NCBI GenBank assembly: GCA_035221665.1
Contig: CM069150.1
Location: 44,330,001 to 44,394,000, forward strand
DNA length: 64,000 nucleotides
Direction: 5' to 3'
Origin: Okamejei kenojei
Taxonomy: Eukaryota
Made by a program: the position numbers and the translations under genes. A model generated the notes under the pieces. The model did not search any database. It had not been told where the DNA came from and was given only the letters and a program-made list of their open reading frames with translations. Within the stretch, counting starts at the first letter, position 1; the number at the start of each line of letters is the position of its first letter. Below, piece after piece: positions 14,641 through 25,255 of this stretch.

Positions 14641-15290
14641 GGGCAATTTTACAGAGGCCAATTGACCTTCAAACCCACACATCTGTGGGATGAAACCAGA
14701 GCACCCAGACGAAACCCATGCAGTCACTGGAAGAACGTGCTAACAGACAGCAGCGGGGGCCAGGATCAAACCCGGGTCTCAGGCGTTGTGGCAACCTTAA
14801 GTCCCACCGGGCAACCTAAAGGCCATGCCATTTTGCCCGGCTTGGCAAGCACCCGGCACACCTATCGTTCAACTCTGAGTGGGCCCCCCTCTCTATCTCT
14901 CTCTCTGTCACTGTCAGTCTGCGCCCGCCATCCCTGTCCGGGCCGCCGGTTCTCCGCTGTCCACTTGCACATGCGCACAACCATGGCCAGCACATCATCA
15001 GCCGTGGTTGTGCGCATGTGCCGCCCTGCACTGGTCCGCGCCGGGCACTTTCTCCCTCCCTTTGCATTGTGGGAGATCTGGCTGCCATTGTTGTCCGGTC
15101 GCCGCCTCGCCGCGACCACTGAAAACCAACGCAGAATCACTACCTGGAGCAGGAGTAACTCCCTTCTTGGTTTCCAAAAATATTCCAAATGGAATTGAAA
15201 CTGGGGTGGACCCTCCACCACCAAACTCCAAACTTTGAAACATAACAGCCTATTGCACTTTATCTGTTTATTTATTGTGTATATATATAT

Positions 15291-15503
15291 ATAGAAACAT
15301 AGAAATTAGGTGCAGGAGTAGGCCATTCAGCCCTTCGAGCCTGCACCGCCATTCAATATGATCATGGCTGATCATCCAACTCAGTATTCCGTACCTGCCT
15401 TCTCTCCATACCCTCTGATCCCCTTAGCCACAAGGGCCACATCCAACTCACTCTTAAATATAGCCAATGAACTGGCCTCAACTACCCTCTGTGGCAGAGA
15501 GTT
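15291..15503 (-). mobile_element. Young CR1 3' end
   Basis: Nearly identical to 39434-39650 and 35055-35168. Confidence 0.85.
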
Positions 15504-16090
15504 CTATATATCATATGGTTTATGATATATAGACACTCTGAACTTTTATCTCCTGTTCTAAATTATGTTTACATATTCTGTTGTGCTGCAGCAAGCAAGA
15601 ATTTCATTGTCCTTTCTGGGACACATGACAATAAAACTCTCTTGACTTGGACTTAAACAAAAATGGGTTCTTGGGGTAAAAAGAGCTACCTTAAATTTAG
15701 TTGCGTTGGGTAACTATGGTAGGGTGAAGATTATTCCATGCTTTAATTGTGCGGGAGGAACTCCATGGAGCAGCCAGCATCTCTGGATAGAAGAAATTGG
15801 GTGATGTTTTGGGTAGAGACCCTTCTTTAGATTTCCTCTGGTTTTAGTGTTTTTAGTTTAATTTAAAGATACAGCATGGAAACAGGCCCTTCGGCCCACC
15901 GAGTCCATGCCGACCACCGATCACCCGTACACTAGTTCTATCCCACACATCAGCGACATAAGTCAAGAGTCAAGAGTGTTTTATTCTCTCAAGTCCCAGT
16001 TATAACAATGACATCCTTACTTGCAACAGCACAAGAGAATATGGAAACATAGTACTCTGTGAACAATGTTATAAACGAGAAAACAAAACA

Positions 16091-16093
<3 letters not shown>

Positions 16094-16133
<40 letters not shown>

Positions 16134-16200
16134 TATATGAATATAGAACTATATATATATATGTATGAATATAGAACTATATATATATATATATATATTA
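16094..16200. repeat. (TA)n microsatellite with short tandem duplication (atgaatatagaactata x2)
   Basis: Direct reading. Confidence 0.9.
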
Positions 16201-16270
16201 CCCACGCACACACAATTTTCCCTCCTGGGATTAATAAAGTTCTATCATATAGTATCGTGTGTGTAGGAAG

Positions 16271-16691
16271 CAGGCACGTGCCGTGAGTAATTAGTCAGGG
16301 TAGGCGGTCAGTATCTTTGGTCATTTGGGTTTTAAAAATCTTGAAAACTGCGCATGCGCAGATTGTTCTCTCCCCGGTGAGCTGTCAATCGGCTTTTAAA
16401 AGAAACTTGCACTGCGCAAGCACAGTAGGCTGCTGCGCAGCACATGCACGCAGTCCATGATGTAAGGGCAGAATTTCAGCTGCCTTTATAGACCGTTGCC
16501 ACTGATCATTTGAATGTGTTAAATGTACTGCGGATGAAAGGCACGGGAGAATTATGCCTACCTAAGAGATCGATCTCTTAGGTAACCATAATTCTCCCGT
16601 GCCTTTACTATTTATATTTAATAATTACCATTTTATAATTTTATTCAGGATAGGCACTGCCTACCTTGCCTAGCCTGACGGCACGTGCCTG
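16271..16691. mobile_element. hAT-type MITE (421 bp)
   Basis: 14-bp TIR CAGGCACGTGCCGT...ACGGCACGTGCCTG; perfect 8-bp TSD GTAGGAAG (16263-16270, 16692-16699). Confidence 0.88.
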
Positions 16692-17300
16692 GTAGGAAGG
16701 AACTGCAGATGCTGGTTTAAACTGAAGATAGACACAAAAAGCTGAAGTAACTCAACAGGTCAGACAGAATTTTTTAAAGAAGGAACTGCAGATGCTGGAG
16801 AATCGAGGGTACACAAAAAGCTGGAGAAACTCAGCGGGTGCAGCAGCATCTAAGGAGCGAAGGAGATAGGCGACGTTTCGAAGACCCTTCGTCAGACAGA
16901 ATCTCTGGACAAAAGGAAAATATAAAGTTTTGGGGTTACACAAAAAGCTGGAGAAACTCAGCGGGTGCAGCAGCATCTAAGGAGCGAAGGAGATAGGCGA
17001 CGTTTCGGGTCGAGACCCTTCTTCAGACTGGTCAGGGATCAGGGAAACGAGAGATATAGACGGTGATGTGGAGAGATAAGGAACAATGAATGAAAGATAT
17101 GCAAAAAAGTATCGATGATAAAGGGAACAAGCCATTGTAAGCTGTTTGTGGTGTGAAAATGAGAAGCTGGTGCGACTAGGGTGGGGGAGGGAGATAGAGA
17201 TAGAGGGTTACACAAAATGCTGGAGAAACTCAGCGGGTGCAGCAGCATCTAAGGAGCGAAGGAGATAGGCGACGTTTCGGGTCGAGACCCTTCTTCAGGA
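16692..17300 (-). repeat. Tandem array of Penelope pLTR 3' units
   Basis: Three direct copies of acacaaa..gctggagaaactcagcgggtgcagcagcatctaaggagcgaaggagataggcgacgtttcg plus partial units. Confidence 0.85.
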
Positions 17301-18577
17301 GGGAATGCCAGGGCCCGAGGGCTGAGGGAGAGGTGGGAAGGGGAGGAGACAGCAAGGGTTAACAGAATTGAGAAAATTCAATGTTCAAGCCCAAAGGATG
17401 CAGACTCCCCAAGCGGAATATGAGGTACTGTTCCTCCAACATGCGGTGTTGCTCACTGGCCGTGGAGGAGGCCCAGGACCGAGAGGTCGGATGCGGAATG
17501 GGAGGGGGAGTTGAAGTGCTGAGCCACTGGGAGGTCGGGTTGGTTTTTGCGGACAGAGCGGAGGTGTTCGGCGAAACGATTGCCAAGCCTCCGCTTGGTC
17601 TCACCGATATAGATCATCTGGCATCTGGAGCAGCGGATGCAGTAGATGAGGTTGGAGGAGGTGCAGGTGAACCTCTGTCGGACCTGGAAGGACTGCTTGG
17701 GTCCCTGAAAGGAGTGGAGGGGGGAGGTGAAGGGACAAGTGTTGCATTTCTTGCGGTTGCAAGGGAAAGTGCCCGGGGAAGGGGTAGAGCAGGAGGGGAG
17801 GGAAGAATTGACAAGGGAGTTGCGGAGGGAGCGGTCTTTGCGGAAGGCAGACAGGGGGGGAGATGGGAAGATGTGGCGGGTGGAGGGGTCACGTTGGAGG
17901 TGGCGAAACTGGCGGAGGACTATGTGTTGCATTTGCCGGCTGGTGGGTGAAAGGTGAGGACCAGGGGGACTCTGCCCTGTTTGCGAGTGGGGGAATGGGG
18001 AGAGCGGGCAGTGTTGCGGGGTATGGAGGAGACCCTGGTGCGAGCCTCATCAATAGTGGGGGAGGGGAATCCCCGTTCTCTGAAGAATGAGGCCATTTGT
18101 GATGACCTGGTGTGGAACACCTCATCCTGGGAGCAGATGCGGCGTAGACGGAGGAATTGGGAATAGGGGATGGAGTCCTTACAGGAAGCAGGGTGGGAGG
18201 AAGAGTAGTCCAGGTAGCTGTGGGAGTCAGTTGGTTTGTAGTGGATGTCGGTCAGGAGCGTATCACCTGCAATAGAGATGGTGAGGTCAAGGAATGGTAG
18301 GGAAATGTCGGAAATGGTCCAAGTGTATTTGAGTGCCGGATGGAAGTTGGTGGTGAAATGGAATGAAGTCAGTCAGTTGTGTGTGGGTGCAGGAGGTGAC
18401 ACCAAAGCAGTCGTCGATGTAACGGAGGTAGAGGTCGGGGATGGGGCCCTGGTACGGCCGAGAACAAGGATTGTTCGACGTACCCAGCAAAGAGGCAAGC
18501 GTAGCTGGGGCCCATGCGTGTGCCCATAGCTACGCCTTGTGTTTGGAGGAAATGGGAGGAATCAAAAGAGAAATTTG
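17300..18577 (-). mobile_element. Penelope-like element (Neptune type), 5'-truncated and frameshifted: RT C-terminal half + GIY-YIG endonuclease
   Basis: QGVAMGTRMGPSYA and YLRYIDD RT motifs; PCNRKKCNTC Cys linker; NLIYCIRC...YIGETKRRLGNRFAEH GIY-YIG domain. Confidence 0.92.
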
Positions 18578-19196
18578 GGTTTTGGGTTGGTTCTGAAAAA
18601 GGTTCCTGCACACCTTTGGAATGTGGAAGTAAACAACCCGGAGAAAACCCATGAAATCAAAAGGAAAAGGAGCAAACTCCATACAGGCAGCACCCATATT
18701 CAGGATCAATTCCGGGTGTCTGGCACTTCTAGGCAGCAACTTTATGGCCAATGTACTGCCCCAAAGTCTTGAACTGAATTAAAACATACAGTATTTTTTT
18801 TTAAAGAAGGAACTGTGCTGGAGAATCGAGGGTACACAAAAAGCTGGAGAAACTCAGCGGGTGCAGCGGGTCAGACTTAGAGATTTAAGACTGAAAATGG
18901 ATAGTTTCATTTTTTTAGTAACCAAAGTTATCAACGTACAATTTTTTTGTGTGTTCGAAAACAAAATATAGTGGCACAGCTGGTGGGCTTGCTGCCTCAC
19001 GCGCCAGAGATCTGTGTTTGATCCTGTCCTCGGGCACTGTCTGTGTTGAATTTGCACATTCTCCCTGCAAGCGTGTGGGTTTCCTCCCACATCCCAAAGA
19101 CGCATTGGCTTTGTAGGTTAACTTGTCTCTGTAAAATTGCCCCTAATGTGTAGGGAGTGAGTGAGGAAAGTGGGATAACAGAACTTGTGTGAATGG

Positions 19197-19600
19197 GTAG
19201 ACAAAAATGCTGGAGAAACTCAGCGGGTGAGGCAGCATCTATGGAGCGACGGAAATGGGGGACGTTTCGGGTCGAGACCCTTCTTCAGACTGATGTGAGG
19301 GTGGGGGGGGAGGGAAGAAGAAAGGAAGAGGCAGAGACAGTGGGCTGAGGGAGAGCTGGGAAGGGGAGGGGAAGAAGGGAGAAAGCAAGGACTACCTGAA
19401 ATTGGAGAAGCCAATGTTCATACTGCTGAGGTGTAACCTACCCAAGCGAAATATGAGGTGCTGCTCCTCCAATTTGCGGTGGGCCTCACTCTGGCCATGG
19501 AGGAGGCCCAGGACAGAAAGGTCGGATTCGGAATGGGAGGGGGAGTGAAGTGCTGAGCCACCGGGAGATCAGGTTGGTTATTGCGAACTGAGTGGAGGTG
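19197..19600 (-). mobile_element. Penelope 3' fragment (GIY-YIG end + pLTR)
   Basis: HLHSVRNNQPDLPVAQHF homologous to the 17.5-kb copy; pLTR with intact ctgaagaagggtctcgacccgaaacgtc. Confidence 0.85.
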
Positions 19601-19604
19601 TTGT

Positions 19605-20013
19605 GCGAAGTGGACAACCTCACATTTATCAACATTATATTGCATCTGCCCTGCATCTGCCCACTCACACAACCTATCCAAGTCACTCTCATAGTATCCT
19701 CATCACAGCTCACACTGCCACCCAGCTTTGTGTCATCCACAAACTTGGAGATGTCACATTTAATTCCCTCGTCAAAATCGTTAATATATATTTTAAATAA
19801 CTAGGGTCCCAGCACCGAGCCTTGCTAGTCCCCACTAGTCACTTCCTGCCATTTTGAAAAGGACCCATTAATTCCTACTCTGATTCCTGTCTGCCAACCA
19901 GTTCTCTATCCATGTCAATACTCTATCCCCAATACCATGTGCTCTAATTTTGCACGCTAATCTCTTGTGTGGGAACTTGTCAAAGGCTTTTTGAAAATCC
20001 AGATACACCACAC
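19605..20013 (-). mobile_element. CR1 RT fragment
   Basis: VVYLDFQKAFDKFPHKRL, DDTKLGG. Confidence 0.85.
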
Positions 20014-20080
20014 CTAAGGTGAAGGCAGTGAGATAACATAGAACTGGTGTTGACGGGTGATCAAAGGTCATCATGGACTC

Positions 20081-21605
20081 TATTTTGATTTGATTCAATT
20101 TATTGTCATTGTCTTCAATTAAAAGACAACAAAATTCTCTTTCCCTTACAGTCATACAAAAAATAGAATTTTAAAAAACCCACAAAAACACAGAACACAG
20201 TAGTCCACAACACAAATATCCCCACAGCGGCACCACAGTTCCCCACTGTGAGGGAAGGAACCAAAGTCCAGTCAACCTCCTCACTGATGTTCCCCAATGT
20301 TCACCCATGGTCGTGGCCTCCCGAGCACCCTGTAGTTGCCGCTACGGGCAGCCCGATGTTCAGCCCGATGTTCAGCCCTCTCGCCCGGAACGATGGAACG
20401 CCGACGTCGAACGGGAGAACAACCTCAACGGCCTGGACCTCTGAATCGGCCACCTTCCACCGGAGTCCACGGCTCCCGATGTCCACAGGCCACGATGGGC
20501 AGAGATTCGCGCTGGCGACTCCCGGTGTGAGATACGCTTTGTGCTCACAATCACTGCTCAAAGACTAAATCTTGGAAGCAAGAGTTCTTTATTCCTCACG
20601 ACTCTGCAGACCCGGGTGCCTCTCCAAGTCGAGACACACCGAAGCCAAAGAAGTCAACCCCCTTTATACACAGAATTTTACATTCAACCTCCTCTCCGGA
20701 CCCTTCTCCAATCAGGGTCTGAGGTGCACAATCTGTAGGTACATCCCACCGTACATCCCCTCGCACCTCCCATATCATACATCGCATGTTCAAACATGTT
20801 CATGGTAATGAGCAGTTTCTTGACCAGGGGTGTGTTGTAATATTCATTTATGCTCAGTCGCTCATTACCTACCCTAGTTTTACTCACCTCCTAGTGAACC
20901 CTCTCAGTTCTCCTATATCAGTACTAAAGCTAAGCTATAGTGACAAGGGTCCCATCTATCACTCCATTCCACTGATAGGGATCTCTCTACATCACTCCCT
21001 TCTACCGCTATACAATGCTATTACTTCTTACTCAAGGACTCAAGGATGGGTCTGGCAACCTTCAGACACAGCTGTGTCAGAACTCTCTCTCCAGCCCCTC
21101 TCAGTTCGAATTCTCTTTAAAACTCCTTACTTTAATGGGGTTTAATCACTTTATCCCTCACACCGGCAAAGGGTCCCAGGACTCCACGATGTTGATGTCA
21201 GTGCCGCCAGCGTTGGGAGCACTGCACCCACAGCTCCGCGTTGTTGGAGCAGCGGTCCAGCACTCCGGAGCTCCAAGCGGCGATCCCAGGTAAGGCATCG
21301 CCCGTTCTGCGATGTATCGAGTGCCGCACCGCAGCTGCTGAAGCTCTGGTCTGGTTCCGGCAGGAAAGGCCGCGCCAATTCAGTTGGTAAGCCGCGGGGG
21401 GGGGGGGGGGGGGGGGGGCGAGGACGCAACTCGGATAATAGCCACATCCTCGCCAGGAAGCGACTGAAGGACTTTCCCCCTTACCCTACCCGCTTCCCCC
21501 CACATAAAATACTGAAAAAAACTAAAAGAACACACTCGAAACATAACAAAAAATAAAAAAAACAACCAGACTGTGGTCGGAGGCAGCCAGTAACAGCGCC
21601 ACCGG
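20081..21605 (-). mobile_element. Related GC-rich non-coding retroposon split by the solo LTR
   Basis: 5' end ggtggcgctgttactggctgcc; 3' end gacaataaattgaatcaaatc; continuous across the CCGG TSD. Confidence 0.55.
20526..21162 (-). mobile_element. Solo LTR (ERV- or Gypsy-type), 637 bp
   Basis: Ends TGTGAG...CTCACA; 4-bp TSD CCGG (20522-20525, 21163-21166); minus-strand TATAAA near 20665 and AATAAA near 20590. Confidence 0.8.
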
Positions 21606-21885
21606 ATGTCCAGAAGGGCCGAAGGGCCTGTTTCCTCACTGTATCTCTAAACTAAACTAAATAATATGCAATCCCAAAATTCCACCTGTAGTGTTGTGGT
21701 TTCAGTATCTGCCGAGGGACACAATCCATTAATATGCTAAGGATATATTGAAAGGAGAGCACAATGCTGTATATTGGTTTGGGGTTAGAGCTGGAGGCGA
21801 GAAAAAATCAGGACCAATGTGGGCTGGCCACAAATGACCTCAGGCAGGGTGGTGCCTGGTAGACTCATTGTTGGTGTAGTTGCTA

Positions 21886-22419
21886 TCTAAGATCCTATAG
21901 CGGATTAAGTAGCGCAGGATAAAGCTGCGAATTCACGCACAGGATGTGTTTGCGAGAGAGAGAGAGAGATCCCGACACTTGCACATCTCCCTTTATTCCC
22001 CCTTCTGAAAAGAAAGTGTCTGAAGAAGGGTCTCGGCCCAAAACGCCAACCATTCCTTCTTTTCAGAGATGCTGCCTGTCCCGCTGAGTAACTCCAGCAT
22101 TTTGTGCCTACCTTCTTTCTAAAAACAAACCCTGGTGCCGCAATGTTTTAAAACGCACAAAAAAAATAATTACGTTTTTTGCAGCATTCGGGTGCCCCCC
22201 CTCCACCCATCCAGGGAAATGAAAGTGTTTATTTTTTCTGCAGTTCCTCCCTGTACAAAGTATGTGCCGTTTTAACTGAACACATAATTGAAGTCAGGTT
22301 GTGTCAAGGATAGGGTTGGGGTTACTGAAATGGCAGACGTTACGCTCCGTTGCTTACCACACGTCAGTCCATTGGATTTTGCAGGAGTGGTCTATCTTGC
22401 TCTGCTATAGGATCTTTGG
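21886..22419. mobile_element. Putative MITE containing a Penelope pLTR fragment
   Basis: Inverted termini aagatcctatagc (21889-21901) and gctataggatctt (22404-22416); flanks ttgcta / ttgctg. Confidence 0.55.
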
Positions 22420-24044
22420 TTGCTGTTACCTTTAGTTTGGGTGTCTTGTAGTTTAGCCACGGCAATATTGTATGCTTCAGTTCTGCTGTGTATCAACTGC
22501 AACAATAAATAGCCTTCCTTGATTTCTTTGATCCCAATCTAAGTGATTGACAGTGTGTAATGTTGCTCGGTATGAGTGCAGGGCTCCACACTGACGACAA
22601 AGATGGATTCCTTCTGGAAGTCTCTGCTCCCAGTGGAGGAGCTAAACCTGTTTAAAGAAATGGAGCCTGGTAGTTTGCTGATGATTTTGGCTCAGTCGCT
22701 GAAGCAGCCTGCTGGACAATCAGAGACACAAAATACAGGACTAAATACTCACAGGGGAAGCTGTGAACAGCAGCAGCACTGGAACAAGAGAATCTGATGA
22801 TTAGAGGATGAATGAGAATACAGAGGTGAACTTCACAATTCAGAAAGGGGACAACGGATGTATTGAAGTGTTAATGTTTTGAGAAAGTACCCAAAGTCAA
22901 TGAATATTAAAGTGATAATAATCAGGCATACAAATTACAAGTAGATCTAGAATTAATTTAAGGGGAAAATAAATGAGACGCTATGGTAAAAATCTAGGAG
23001 AATGATCCATTAAAAATTCCATCTCTCCATAGATGCTGCCTCACCCGCTGAGTTTCTCCAGCATGTTTTTATGTTACATGTTAAATGTTCAATAACATGT
23101 TAAATATTTTTTTTAAAACACATAATGCTGAAGTAACTCAGAATGGGTTAGGTAGTGTCTCTGGAGAACATGTTTCGGATCAGGACCCATCTTCAGACTT
23201 CGGTTAGATGTTTATCAAAGTCTGCTTTCAATTACTTCTGAGAAAAAAAATCTACCCTAGATATGGGTATTAAGGGTTTTTCAAAACTTTTGGTAAGTCA
23301 ATATGTGTTTCTGGTAATTAGTAAGGATGATGTTAGGAATAATAATGCATTTATCAGAGCAGCAACACGAATGAAGCAAATAGCCTGAGGGCAGATAATG
23401 AATCCTGCAGAAAAATAGATCTGGAAGCCTGTTGAACATAGCTTTGGGAAGGGAAGTATCTTGTAGAGAGAAAACTGAATATGAAGAAGCCTGCAAAGCG
23501 AGAACTAATTAGAAGAAGCTTCGAAATCGAAGACATGAGGAGTACATGCTTCAATATAGTGGAATCTATTGAGGCAACAGTGAAAATATTCATATATTTA
23601 TACTCAGTTTAGGTCCTAACCATCGATCAACCGCTCGCACTATCTCTATGTTATCCTACGTTCTCATCCACTTCCCGCACATTTAGGGGCAATTTTGCAG
23701 AGGAACAACTAAGCTACAAACCTGCATGTCTTTGGGATGTGGGAGGAAACCGGAGCACCCGGAGCAAACCTACGAGGTCACAGGGAGAAGGTATGAACTC
23801 TGTACAGACAGCGCCCGTGGTCGGGATTGAACCGGATGAGTCTCTGGCGGTGAACAGCAGCAACTCTACCGCAGCGAAATTGTGGACACCCTTTTGAATT
23901 GAAAAGACATTAAATATGAATTATTTCATGGATAAAGAATTCTCACATACCAAGGAGTGAAACATTGAAACATTCCTAGCAACATCTTCCTTTATGTATG
24001 TCGTGATTTACTTTGGATTTCTGGGCCAAATCAAGATGAAATTG

Positions 24045-24224
24045 TAGAACCAAAGAACTGCAGATACTGGTTATATCAAAAATAGACACAAAGTGCTGGA
24101 GTAACTCAGCGGGTTAGGCAGCATCTCTGGAGGAAAAGGAAGGGTGATGTTCCGGGTCAGGACCTTTCTTCAATCTGAAGAAGGGTTCCGACCTGAAATA
24201 TCACCCATCCTTTTTCTGCCTGAC
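24045..24224. mobile_element. Fold-back Penelope pLTR unit
   Basis: Inverted arms; 13-bp TSD caagatgaaattg (24032-24044, 24225-24237). Confidence 0.8.
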
Positions 24225-24784
24225 CAAGATGAAATTGACCAACTTAGCTGAGCACCTGTCATCCTAACACTATCTCAATATCCTAATCATTTTAACTTTT
24301 TAAAATTAAAATAATGATTAATATTGTTTAAAAAAAAATAATGAAAACCATTCAAACAAATTAAAAATTGTTTTTAAATTTCCTCACCTGAATAATCGTC
24401 ATACAGATGATGCACATTCTTCAGCAGAGATTTAAGGCAGAGATAGATAGATTCTTGATTAGTACGGGTGACAAAGGTTATGGGGAGAAGGCAGGAGAAT
24501 GGAGTCAGGAGGGATAGATTGATCAGCCATGATTGAATGGTGGAGTAGACTTGATGGGCCGAATGGCCTAAATGACCTTATGATCTTATGTGCTGAGTCA
24601 GGCACTTCTGTCGAATCCCATGAGACCTATTTCAGTTCCAAATTTTCCAAAGGTTACCGGCAATTGTACGTTCTCTTGCTACGATTAATAAGCTGTTGAA
24701 TACTATCTTACCAACAACTTTCTGTAAATCCACATAGACAATGTCAATACATACACCAAACCCACCATGTTTATCATTTAGAGA

Positions 24785-25255
24785 GAGAACAAATTGCAGA
24801 TGCTGGTTTAGGAAAGAAGATACAAGTGTTGGAGTAACTCAGCAGGAGAGACAGCAACTCTGGAGATCATGGATAAGTGATATAGCAACAAGGAACTACA
24901 GATGCTGGTTTGCACAAAAGGACATAAAGTGCTGGAGTAACTCAGCGGCCCAGCAGCATCTCTGGAGAACCTGGATCGGTGACATAGAGACAAGGAACTG
25001 CAGATGCTGGTTTACATAAAGGGGCGCAAAGTGCTGGAGTAACTCAGCCGGCCAGGCAGCATTTCTGAAGAACATGGGCAGATGACATTTCAGGTAGGGA
25101 CCCTTCAGATTAATCGTGGTGGGGTGGGGAGGAAAGCTGGAAGAGGTGGGGGCTGAACAAACCCTGGCGAGTGATAGGTGGATACAGGTGAGGAGCGGTA
25201 GAGATTGCAGATGGTTGGACAAAGGCCAAAGATGAAATGATGTGAGATGAGGATA
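24785..25255 (-). repeat. Three tandem Penelope pLTR units
   Basis: Repeated gaactgcagatgctggttt...aagtgctggagtaactcagc...cagcatctctggaga. Confidence 0.75.

Noticed and set aside
14662-15243. Stack of 80-178 aa ORFs on both strands
   Set aside because: GC-rich sequence with no recognisable domain or splice structure.
16692-17300. Regularly recurring direct repeats suggesting a CRISPR-like array
   Set aside because: Eukaryotic context; the units are Penelope pLTRs without unique spacers or cas genes.
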